NCBI GenBank assembly: GCA_036840065.1
Contig: DAITZZ010000003.1
Location: 28,378 to 92,377, forward strand
Source: a bacterium
GTDB taxonomy: Bacteria; Bacteroidota; Ignavibacteria; Kapaibacteriales; Kapaibacteriaceae
Reading direction: 5' to 3'
DNA length: 64,000 bases
How positions within the stretch are numbered: the first letter of the stretch is position 1; the number at the start of each line of letters is the position of its first letter. Shown here piece after piece: positions 18,557 through 26,445 of this stretch. The translations under genes and the position numbers were made by a program. The notes beneath the pieces were generated by a model that was given only the letters and a program-made list of their open reading frames with translations, was not told the DNA's origin and did not search any database.

Positions 18557-19421
18557 TCTGCACCTGCTCACGCATGCGTTCAAGTTCCTCCTTCATCTGC
18601 ACAACGATAATGGCGATGTCGGCATGATTGGACTTTGAACCGATGGTATTTACCTCGCGGTTCATTTCCTGCAAGAGGAAGTTCAGTTTACGTCCGGCGT
18701 TCTCCGATGATGCGATGTACTGACGCATGTGCTTGATGTGACTGCGCAGACGCACGCACTCTTCGGCAACATCAAGCTTCTCGGACAGCAGAACGATCTC
18801 CATGGTCAGTCTGGTCTCGTCGATGCCCGCCTCACCCACGAGCTGTGTTACGCGATCACGCAGGCGCTGACGCTCGTATTCGATACGCGTCGATGCCGTC
18901 GACTCGATGGTCGTCAAACCCTGCTCGATGATCGTCAGGCGCTGCTCAACATCACGGGCAAGCTCGGCTCCCTCCCGGTCGCGCATGGCATTCAGGGCCA
19001 CAAGCGCCTGCTCAAGGCCACTCTGGATCTGCAGCCATGTCTGCTCGTCATCATCATCCTTGTCAGGGGGCGAGAGCACTCCGGGAAGCAGAACGATCTG
19101 CTCTATGCCGATGCTCCCGGTAAGCCCCAGATCATGCTGCAGCTGACGTAATGAATCCACGTAGGCGGCTGCGATCTCGCGGTTAACAGCCACCGAGCCC
19201 GATTGCTCGGCATTCTGCAGGCGCAGCGATACGGTCAGCGATCCTCGCGAGACATAGGTACGAGCGAACTCCCGAATGCGATGCTCTTTGTCGGCATACT
19301 CCCTGGGAATCTTCGGTGAGACTTCCAGAAATCTGCCGTTGACGCATCGAAGCTCAATGGTGCATGGAGTGCCGGCAACAACCGTTTCGGCCTTGCCGTA
19401 TCCCGTCATGCTGCGGATCAT
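18546..19421 (-). CDS. yicC: YicC/YloC family stress-induced protein (DUF1732)
   Basis: MIRSMTGYGKAETVVAGTPCTIELRCVNGRFLEVSPKIPREY... and C-terminal ...NFLLQEMNREVNTIGSKSNHADIAIIVVQMKEELERMREQVQNVE. The start is Met42 of the 18546..19544 ORF. The yicC-gmk adjacency is conserved in many bacteria. Confidence 0.85.
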   Translation of the reverse strand: MIRSMTGYGKAETVVAGTPCTIELRCVNGRFLEVSPKIPREYADKEHRIREFARTYVSRGSLTVSLRLQNAEQSGSVAVNREIAAAYVDSLRQLQHDLGLTGSIGIEQIVLLPGVLSPPDKDDDDEQTWLQIQSGLEQALVALNAMRDREGAELARDVEQRLTIIEQGLTTIESTASTRIEYERQRLRDRVTQLVGEAGIDETRLTMEIVLLSEKLDVAEECVRLRSHIKHMRQYIASSENAGRKLNFLLQEMNREVNTIGSKSNHADIAIIVVQMKEELERMREQVQNVE

Positions 19422-19488
19422 AAATGGTTCCTTCTGTTCATAGCCAAGAGCCGCAAAGATACACCGTGCCAGTCGTGGCCTTGACCAC

Positions 19489-20319
19489 GTGGCGTATCTT
19501 TCCGGCAGCATGCAAGCAACTTCTCCCGAAGCGGCATCTGCCATGGCCGCGGCCGAGTTTCTCAGCAGTCACTACAACGTGAGCTTCGACGCACTCGTCG
19601 TCACGGGGTCGGGCTTCGTGCTCGGTACTGATCGCTCCGGCACAGGCTCTTCCCTGCCCTACTCCCGCGTTCCCGGAATGCCACGCGGAAGCGTTGCCGG
19701 CCATGAACATACATTTCGTGTTCTGCAGATCGGTGATCGCCATGCACTTCTCTGTTCGGGTCGGTTCCATCTGTACGAAGGCCTGAGAGCCGACGAATGC
19801 GGGATCTTCGTCGACATCGCCAATGCCCTGCATTGCCGGCGCATGCTGCTAACCAACGCCGTTGGCGGACTGAGCCCCTCCCTGCGCGTAGGAAGCATTG
19901 TGGCCGTACACGACATGCTGGACCTCAGCTCAACGATCATTCAATCTGCGCCGAGCAAAAAGAGATGGCCCTCCGGTACGGGGCTCTCTGGCGCGTGGCA
20001 TGATGACCTCATGCTCCGATGCCGGCAAAAAGGTCATCATCTTCATGAGGGCGTTCTTGCACAGATGCGTGGTCCGTCGTACGAAACACGCGCCGAAGTT
20101 CGCATGCTCCGTCGCATTGGGGCCGACGTGGTCGGAATGTCGACGGTGATCGAGGCACGTCGTGCGCTGGCATGCGGACTCGATACGATGGTTCTTTCGC
20201 TGGTCACCAACATGCTGACCGATGCTGTCCTTCCGATGCTGTCACACGATGATGTGATGCTGGCGGCCAGGGCCGCAAATTCCCAGATGGCCGAGGTCGT
20301 GCTGACTGCACTTGAATAG
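19489..20319 (+). CDS. Purine nucleoside phosphorylase (PNP/MTAP family, PunA-like)
   Basis: …ALVVTGSGFVLGT…HEHTFRVLQIGDRHALLCSGRFHLYEG…NAVGGLSPSLRVGSIVAVHDMLD…MRGPSYETRAEVRMLRRIGADVVGMSTVIEA, the PNP family phosphate- and nucleoside-binding motifs. The exact start is ambiguous (Met1, Met8 or Met19). Confidence 0.8.
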   Translation: MAYLSGSMQATSPEAASAMAAAEFLSSHYNVSFDALVVTGSGFVLGTDRSGTGSSLPYSRVPGMPRGSVAGHEHTFRVLQIGDRHALLCSGRFHLYEGLRADECGIFVDIANALHCRRMLLTNAVGGLSPSLRVGSIVAVHDMLDLSSTIIQSAPSKKRWPSGTGLSGAWHDDLMLRCRQKGHHLHEGVLAQMRGPSYETRAEVRMLRRIGADVVGMSTVIEARRALACGLDTMVLSLVTNMLTDAVLPMLSHDDVMLAARAANSQMAEVVLTALE

Positions 20320-20367
20320 TCGGATTGCAGACTCTACCTTTGCCACGCGTCCAGTGCCACGCTGACG

Positions 20368-20393
20368 CCCCCCCCTTTTTCGCGCGCGCGCGC
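20368..20393. repeat. Homopolymer C8-T5 followed by an alternating (CG)6.5 tract in the intergenic region upstream of the 20405 gene
   Basis: Seen directly: ...gacgcccccccctttttcgcgcgcgcgcgctcc... The coordinates are approximate. Confidence 0.6.
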
Positions 20394-20404
20394 TCCCCGA
20401 ACGT

Positions 20405-21223
20405 ATGCCTCTCTGTCCCACATACCTCATCCTGCCGGTCGCGCTTCCCCGTGCCCGGGTGCTTCGCACCCTTGTGCTGTTGACCCTCGCGAGCCTGACA
20501 TGGGGGTGTGGCACGGCCTCTCAGGATCTGACATCTCGCGTGCTTTCCGATACGATCTCCGTGCGAATCGTCCCCGGACCAACCCCGGCTGCCCTGCGTG
20601 TTGTGACCGAGCAGACGAGTGTTCCGCTGCTTTCCGGAAGCACCGAAGCAGAGCTGAGAATACGTGCGGCTGATTCGACCGTGATGCGCTACCCACTTGC
20701 CTTTGCGTCCATGGGTGCGCCCGGGAGGACAGAAACGCTCACCACCATGATCACCGCCGACATTCCGGCGGAGCTCGCGGCGAATGCGCTCGAGATGAGC
20801 ATCCGCGCTACAGCTGATTCCAAGGAGCGCATCTTCTCGGTTCGTGCGCAGGTCGACACCGCAGCGTTGGAGCTGACGCCATCGATGACGAAGCAGAGCG
20901 ACGGAACCTATCAGTTCTTGTTGAGAGCAACACGCCGGCGGATCATTCCCGGAGAATACTTTCCCTCGTCGGAACAACTGCGCATTGCTATCTACAACGG
21001 CAAGGGCGCCTCGGTTTGGTCGTCGAATGATGGCATGGCCTTTCTCACGGTTGTCATGCCCGTCGAGCCGGCTCTGCAGGGGGCTTCCCATCTCTACACG
21101 CTGGACTGGAACGGAATGTCGTCGCAGGGAGCTCGGCTGCCGTCCGGACGCTACCGCGTGCAGCTCACATTGCCCGTCAGGCCGGCCCCTTACTCATGTT
21201 TTTTGGATGTAGTGCTGCCCTGA
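20405..21223 (+). CDS. Hypothetical secreted protein with a C-terminal FlgD-Ig-like / T9SS-cargo-like beta-sandwich motif
   Basis: Signal-like N-terminus (LVLLTLASLTWGCGTAS) and a C-terminal ...YTLDWNGMSSQGARLPSGRYRVQLTLPV resembling the WDGxDxxGxxxxxGxY motif of FlgD-Ig-like domains. The antisense 295-aa ORF (20204..21091) is Arg/Gly/His-rich and judged spurious. Confidence 0.5.
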   Translation: MPLCPTYLILPVALPRARVLRTLVLLTLASLTWGCGTASQDLTSRVLSDTISVRIVPGPTPAALRVVTEQTSVPLLSGSTEAELRIRAADSTVMRYPLAFASMGAPGRTETLTTMITADIPAELAANALEMSIRATADSKERIFSVRAQVDTAALELTPSMTKQSDGTYQFLLRATRRRIIPGEYFPSSEQLRIAIYNGKGASVWSSNDGMAFLTVVMPVEPALQGASHLYTLDWNGMSSQGARLPSGRYRVQLTLPVRPAPYSCFLDVVLP

Positions 21224-21227
21224 CGCC

Positions 21228-22310
21228 ATGACCGTTTCAAGTTCCCATGATGAATGGATGCGCAGGGCGCTCCTACTAGCACAACTTGGTTCGGGCCGTG
21301 TGTCCCCTAACCCGATGGTGGGCTGCGTTATCGTCCACGATGACACGGTAATCGCCGAGGGCTGGCACTCGGCCTATGGCGAACTGCATGCCGAGACCGA
21401 CGCGCTGCGCCACCTCAACGGTATCGCCACCGGCGCAACGATGTATGTAACTCTCGAGCCGTGCACCCATTATGGGAAGCAACCCCCGTGCATCGACGCC
21501 ATCATACGAAGTGGTGTTGCACGCGTGGTCGTTGCCATGATTGACCCGAACCCACTGGTCTCGGGTCAAGGCATTGAACGTCTGCGCGAGGCGGGAATTG
21601 AGGTGATCACCGATGTGCTGCATGACGAGGCGGCCTACCTCAACCGCAGGTTTCTGCACTGGATGCGCAGTGGCTTGCCCCATGTTACGTTGAAGCTGGC
21701 AACGTCCCTTGACGCCAGGGCGCAGATGCCACCGGGCCAGCCGCGCTTTATCACATCCGCTGAGAGCCGGTTTCACGTCCACAAGCTCCGGGCCTGTGTC
21801 GATGCGGTGATGATCGGCATCGGAACGGCTCTGTACGACAACCCCGAACTGACCGTTCGGCTGTGTCCGGGACGTAACCCCGCACGCGTCGTGATCGACT
21901 CGATGTGCCGTTTGCCAACGAGCACGACGCTCGTAGCTACCGCCCGCGAAACACCTACCATCATCATCTGCTCCGACAAGTCAGATCGCGATGCTCGCGA
22001 AGAATTGCGCAACCAGGGGGTGGACGTTATCGTCGTGCCCACGCGGGAAGAACGAACGATCCTGACCGAAGACATCCTACGCGTGCTTGCAGAGAGGAAG
22101 ATCACTTCGGTGATGGCCGAAGGGGGCCCCTATCTGGCGGCACGGCTGCTGCGCGACGACGTTGTCGATGAGCTTCACTTCCACGTTGCCCCTGTGATGA
22201 TCGGAAGCGGGCCCAGCTGGGTCTTCGATACGGCGTTCCGCAGATGGATGCTGCGCGAACACCGCCATGTGGGACAGGATATCCACATGCAGTATGTTCG
22301 CAATCGATGA
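21228..22310 (+). CDS. ribD: Bifunctional riboflavin biosynthesis protein RibD (deaminase/reductase)
   Basis: Cytidine/dCMP deaminase zinc motif HAETDALRHLNGIATGATMYVTLEPCTHYGKQPPC, followed by a RibD C-terminal reductase domain. Confidence 0.9.
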   Translation: MTVSSSHDEWMRRALLLAQLGSGRVSPNPMVGCVIVHDDTVIAEGWHSAYGELHAETDALRHLNGIATGATMYVTLEPCTHYGKQPPCIDAIIRSGVARVVVAMIDPNPLVSGQGIERLREAGIEVITDVLHDEAAYLNRRFLHWMRSGLPHVTLKLATSLDARAQMPPGQPRFITSAESRFHVHKLRACVDAVMIGIGTALYDNPELTVRLCPGRNPARVVIDSMCRLPTSTTLVATARETPTIIICSDKSDRDAREELRNQGVDVIVVPTREERTILTEDILRVLAERKITSVMAEGGPYLAARLLRDDVVDELHFHVAPVMIGSGPSWVFDTAFRRWMLREHRHVGQDIHMQYVRNR

Positions 22311-23644
22311 CTACCCTCCGCGCGATTCTGATTCTCATGTTCGGCTTTTGCAGCCTGCCATGCATGCTGCCGGCGCAGACCACACCCAAGGTCATGTCCG
22401 AGCCCGTACAGAGCGCCCTCATCAAGCAGGACTGGAAAAGGGCCGAACGTGTTCTGCGAAGCGAGCTGCGCAGTAATCCCCGTGATCTGGATCGTCAGAC
22501 GCTTCTTGCCATCTGCCTGATGCGTCAGCAGAAGTTCGACGCGGCCCTGCGACAAGCCGAACTCATCACCCGTAGTCATCCACAGGCCTACGCAGCTCAC
22601 ATGATCGCAGCTGAATGTCACATGAGGCTTGGTCAGACAGATAAAGCTCTCGACATCTTTCGGTTGGCTCGCACGATCGCCCCCGACTCTGCAGAACCGG
22701 CAATGGCTCTGGGCATGATCCTTTCGAGCACCGGACGATTCGACGAGGCCATCACCTTTCTCGAGGAGTCACTCTTTCGCCGTCCCGGCAACATGCCCCT
22801 GACCATGCAGCTGGTTCGTTGCTATCTGCGCCTGGGTCGGGCATCGGAAGCTGCCGAGCTTGCCACGCGTGCCGCGGAGCTGGCTCCCGGTGATGCGAAC
22901 GCGCAGATGATGGCCGGCGAAGCGCTGATGGCATCACGCCGAACCGAACAGGCAATCGACTTTCTGCAACAGGCCATACGTCTTGGCGTCGGATCGTCAT
23001 CACCGCACATGCTGCTGACCATCGCGCTGCAAGACAATGGCCGAACCGACGAGGCGCTCGCCGTTGCCAGAGCATACGTCCAGGGCTCACAGGATGACCC
23101 TCAGGGATGGTACAATGTGGGACTGCTGCAGTTAGAGAAGATGCAGCTTGATTCGTCGTTGCGCTCTCTCAAAAAAGCCGTCGGTCTCAAGCCCAACTAC
23201 CCGGAAGCATACTACAACCTCGGACGCGTCTACGATGGACTGGGGTTTGGCGAGGACGCCATTCAGTCGTACCGCCGGGCTGCTGCGACGGGCGGAAACT
23301 TTGCCGCCGATGCCTATCTCGGAATGGCACTTATCTATCGCAAATCTGGAAACTTCACTGAAGCGATCCGTGCACACAGCCAGTCGGTATCGCTGCGGGA
23401 CACCTCCCAGGTGATGCGCGTGCAGCGCCTACAGACATGTTTCGAGGCTGATCGATGCGCCGACGCATCGGGATTTATCGACAAGGACGTGCGTGACTTC
23501 CCCACCAGCCCCGGAGTGCTGTTCGAAGCAGCGCGGTGCTTCGCTCGCACGGGACGGCGCAGCGACGCCGAACGCATTCTGACGTTTCTCGATAAAGAGT
23601 CGCCGGCGCTTGCCAGGGATCTCCGAATCTTCATGAGTCTGTGA
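22307..23644 (+). CDS. TPR repeat protein with signal peptide
   Basis: The start is Met22 (MTTLRAILILMFGFCSLPCMLPAQ), overlapping the ribD stop (ATGA). Multiple 34-aa TPR units follow (…AYAAHMIAAECHMRLGQTDKALDIFRLA…, …AYYNLGRVYDGLGFGEDAIQSYRRA…). Confidence 0.8.
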   Translation: MTTLRAILILMFGFCSLPCMLPAQTTPKVMSEPVQSALIKQDWKRAERVLRSELRSNPRDLDRQTLLAICLMRQQKFDAALRQAELITRSHPQAYAAHMIAAECHMRLGQTDKALDIFRLARTIAPDSAEPAMALGMILSSTGRFDEAITFLEESLFRRPGNMPLTMQLVRCYLRLGRASEAAELATRAAELAPGDANAQMMAGEALMASRRTEQAIDFLQQAIRLGVGSSSPHMLLTIALQDNGRTDEALAVARAYVQGSQDDPQGWYNVGLLQLEKMQLDSSLRSLKKAVGLKPNYPEAYYNLGRVYDGLGFGEDAIQSYRRAAATGGNFAADAYLGMALIYRKSGNFTEAIRAHSQSVSLRDTSQVMRVQRLQTCFEADRCADASGFIDKDVRDFPTSPGVLFEAARCFARTGRRSDAERILTFLDKESPALARDLRIFMSL

Positions 23645-26445
23645 TGTTGTTACGACTGCTCGGCCTGCCATCTGTCATGGCTCTGTGCGCGGCGCTTGCT
23701 GTGCTGTCAACTTCGATACTGCCGGCACAGAACAAGCCCGCATACCAGCACTCTGAAGCACACCGCCGTCTGCTCCATGGAGTCGACACTGCCCTTTCGG
23801 TCCTTGGCATGCGCATGGCCGATCTTTCCATGCCGGCCGACCTTCTGGACCGCGATCGGCACCGGAACGCCTTTCATGATCGCCTGTTTGACGACCCTCT
23901 GGCAAGCATGGCGTGGACTGATACGATCGCCGCAAAGCTTATCGCCCGCCAGGATAGCACATGGCGTCAGGTGCATGCCTCCCTGGTCACTGCACTTGGT
24001 TCATACGGTCGAAGGCCCCAACCGCTAGCAGACGAGAGTTCGCCGATTCGCTATCCGCCCGAGATGGAGCGTGCTGCACGACGTCTCAATACGACCTCGC
24101 GCAGACTCCTCGACCGCTACATCATCGGTACATTCAAGGCCGCTGCGGTCGCCATGAACGTGACGCAGCTTCAGCCAACAATGAACCCAGGGCTTGAACT
24201 ATCGAGCTTTAAGAAGCAGCTTGATTCGATGTGGACGCCATCGTCGGAGGACGACAAGCTCACCCTCTGGCAGGTGTACGACGGTGAACAACGCAGCCGA
24301 GAATCCACGGATGCAGTGAATCGATCTCTAAGCACAGTTCTGAATGAGTCGCTCAATGACATGGGCATGGCGGTCTACCTTGATATCCTTGAGCAGAACG
24401 CGCAGGCTCTTCGTAACCATGCTGGCCTTCTGGATTCGGTGAAGAGCGTTGTTTTTCAGACCAGCGTCGGCCGCATAGCCATCGGCGGCAGAGGCACGGA
24501 CCTCTACACTGGATCGTATGCGCTGATCATTGATGTTGGCGGCAATGATTCCTATGACCTGGCATCGTCGGACTCAGCGATGACGCAGATCATCATCGAC
24601 ATGGACGGTGATGATGTTTATCGAGGTCAGGACCACACACTCGGCTCGGGTCATTTTGGCATCGGCGTTCTGATAGACCATGCCGGCGATGATCAGTACA
24701 CCGCGCGAGATTTTGCTCTCGGATCTGGCGTGTATGGCTTTGGCATTCTCCACGATATGGCTGGCAACGATGTCTATCGCAGCCGTTCTAACTCCCAGGG
24801 GGCAGGCATTGTCGGCATGGGAATGCTGCTTGATGACTCAGGGCACGACCTCTACGTCTGCGCCTCGCAGTCTCAGGCCTTTGGTGCCACGCGTGGCGTT
24901 GGGATCCTGAGCGACAACGCCGGCAATGACCGATACATCGCCGTGAGCCCCTTTGCTGATGTTCTTCGATACGATGACCACCAGGTTTCGTTTGCGCAAG
25001 GGGCTGCCCTGGGTCATCGACCAACGATGTCCGGAGGTATCGGTCTGCTTGTTGATGCCTCCGGCAACGACCTCTACTCCTGCGACATCTATGGTCAGGG
25101 CACTGGATACTGGTTTGGACTTGGAGCCCTCATCGACCTCGGGGGAGACGACCGATATGATGCGTATCAGTATGCTCAGGGCTCCGGCGTTCATTTTGCT
25201 GTTGGCCTTCTGACGGATGCAAGCGGTGAAGATGTCTATCGTTCTCACGGCGTGTCGCAAGGCTGCGGACACGACATTGCCACGGGACTGCTTCGAGATC
25301 ACGCCGGTAACGACACGTACATGTGTGAGAGTCTCTCACTCGGGGCCGGCAATGCGAACGCCGTCTCAATCCTCTATGATGAATCGGGCCAGGACAGCTA
25401 CAGCGCCTTGAATGAAAGCAACACCATCGGTTACTCTGACATGCGTCGCGGCTACGGGATGATCGGGCTGTTCATTGATGGCGGAGGCCGCGACCGATAT
25501 GGCGAGACACTTCGCAATGACACGGTAGTGGCAAAGTCGACCTACGGCCTGTTTCTCGATGCCGAACTTGATGGCACGCAGCGCAGTTCGTCACAGACCC
25601 CGCCGTCGGCTTCGTCCTACACGCTGACTTCCAGCATCGACAGTTTGTTTATCCAGGCTTCGGCCTCTCATCTCCGGTTTCAGAACGCCGTGTCCCCGGC
25701 ACGGAAGGAACTGGGCAAGCGCGGACAACCGGCACTCGCATTCCTCGAAACACAGCTTTCAACTCAGATGCCACGTGAGCGCCTGACGTTGGAGATCGTG
25801 CTTCCCGATCTGTATGCAAGTGACCGTGATTCGACCATAGCTCTACTCAGGCGCGGCCTGCTGTCGGACGATAACGCCTCGGTCACCATCGCAGCGACAG
25901 TCGCGGGCAAGGTCAAGTGCCGAGAACTGGTTTCGACGCTTACGGACATGGTTTCGAGTGCTTCATGGCGTCGACGTCGGCTTGCCGTCGCCACACTTGG
26001 CGAGATCGGAGACTCGGCCAGTATTCCTGCCTTGAGAGCGGCCTGCAAGGACGTGCATCCATACGTGCGTCAGCGCGCGGCAAGCGCATACACGCGATAC
26101 GTCAGCAGCGACGATCCGTTGCTGGCAACGTTGCTCGCTGACACGCTGCAGGTTGTTCGCATGGCCGCTGTCGAGGGCCTTGCGCGCGGTGCAAAGCGCC
26201 CCCTCTCATCGATCTTACCGCTTATTGATGGACACGCAGATCAGCGGTCGTTGCCATCTATGATGCGTCTGCTGGCTGCATCGGATACAACAGCATCTGA
26301 TATCGACACCTTCACGCAATGGTGGTCACGGCAGGATGACTCTCGGAAGGGGCTCGTACGGCGCATCAGCGCGGCAGTGCCTGGCCCACTGATCCGTGTC
26401 ATGGATGGCACGACGAGTTCGTCGCCGACGGAACCGAGGAAATGA
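23641..26445 (+). CDS. Large secreted protein (934 aa): signal peptide, ~13 tandem ~26-aa Asp-rich repeats (G-x-G-[IL]-L-x-D-x-[AS]-G-[ND]-D-x-Y), C-terminal HEAT/PBS-lyase-like repeats
   Basis: N-terminal signal MMLLRLLGLPSVMALCAALAVLSTSILPAQ. Repeats include GSYALIIDVGGNDSYDL / GIGVLIDHAGDDQYTARDFALGSG / GFGILHDMAGNDVYRSRSNSQGAG / GMGMLLDDSGHDLYVCASQSQAFG / GVGILSDNAGNDRYIAV / GIGLLVDASGNDLYSCDIYGQGTG / LGALIDLGGDDRYDAYQYAQGSG / VGLLTDASGEDVYRSHGVSQGCG / TGLLRDHAGNDTYMCESLSLGAG / GLFIDGGGRDRYGE. The C-terminal HEAT-like helices (…RRRLAVATLGEIGDSASIPALRAACKDVHPYVRQRAASAY…VRMAAVEGLARGA). The start overlaps the TPR gene stop by 4 nt. Confidence 0.75.
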   Translation: MMLLRLLGLPSVMALCAALAVLSTSILPAQNKPAYQHSEAHRRLLHGVDTALSVLGMRMADLSMPADLLDRDRHRNAFHDRLFDDPLASMAWTDTIAAKLIARQDSTWRQVHASLVTALGSYGRRPQPLADESSPIRYPPEMERAARRLNTTSRRLLDRYIIGTFKAAAVAMNVTQLQPTMNPGLELSSFKKQLDSMWTPSSEDDKLTLWQVYDGEQRSRESTDAVNRSLSTVLNESLNDMGMAVYLDILEQNAQALRNHAGLLDSVKSVVFQTSVGRIAIGGRGTDLYTGSYALIIDVGGNDSYDLASSDSAMTQIIIDMDGDDVYRGQDHTLGSGHFGIGVLIDHAGDDQYTARDFALGSGVYGFGILHDMAGNDVYRSRSNSQGAGIVGMGMLLDDSGHDLYVCASQSQAFGATRGVGILSDNAGNDRYIAVSPFADVLRYDDHQVSFAQGAALGHRPTMSGGIGLLVDASGNDLYSCDIYGQGTGYWFGLGALIDLGGDDRYDAYQYAQGSGVHFAVGLLTDASGEDVYRSHGVSQGCGHDIATGLLRDHAGNDTYMCESLSLGAGNANAVSILYDESGQDSYSALNESNTIGYSDMRRGYGMIGLFIDGGGRDRYGETLRNDTVVAKSTYGLFLDAELDGTQRSSSQTPPSASSYTLTSSIDSLFIQASASHLRFQNAVSPARKELGKRGQPALAFLETQLSTQMPRERLTLEIVLPDLYASDRDSTIALLRRGLLSDDNASVTIAATVAGKVKCRELVSTLTDMVSSASWRRRRLAVATLGEIGDSASIPALRAACKDVHPYVRQRAASAYTRYVSSDDPLLATLLADTLQVVRMAAVEGLARGAKRPLSSILPLIDGHADQRSLPSMMRLLAASDTTASDIDTFTQWWSRQDDSRKGLVRRISAAVPGPLIRVMDGTTSSSPTEPRK

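Noticed and set aside
17026-18610. Plus-strand ORFs 17026..17829 and 17864..18610
   Set aside because: They are antisense to the fused E1 gene and gmk. No domains are recognised and the composition is Arg/Leu-rich.
20204-21091. 295-aa minus-strand ORF opposite the 20405..21223 gene
   Set aside because: The translation is dominated by Arg/Gly/His/Cys runs typical of antisense frames in high-GC DNA. The plus-strand frame has a signal peptide and a recognisable C-terminal Ig-like motif.
21100-21227. Possible FMN riboswitch upstream of ribD (and of ribH at 55151)
   Set aside because: ribD starts 4 nt after the preceding gene, and ribH overlaps the PHP gene. There is no room for a ~150-nt riboswitch aptamer at either site.
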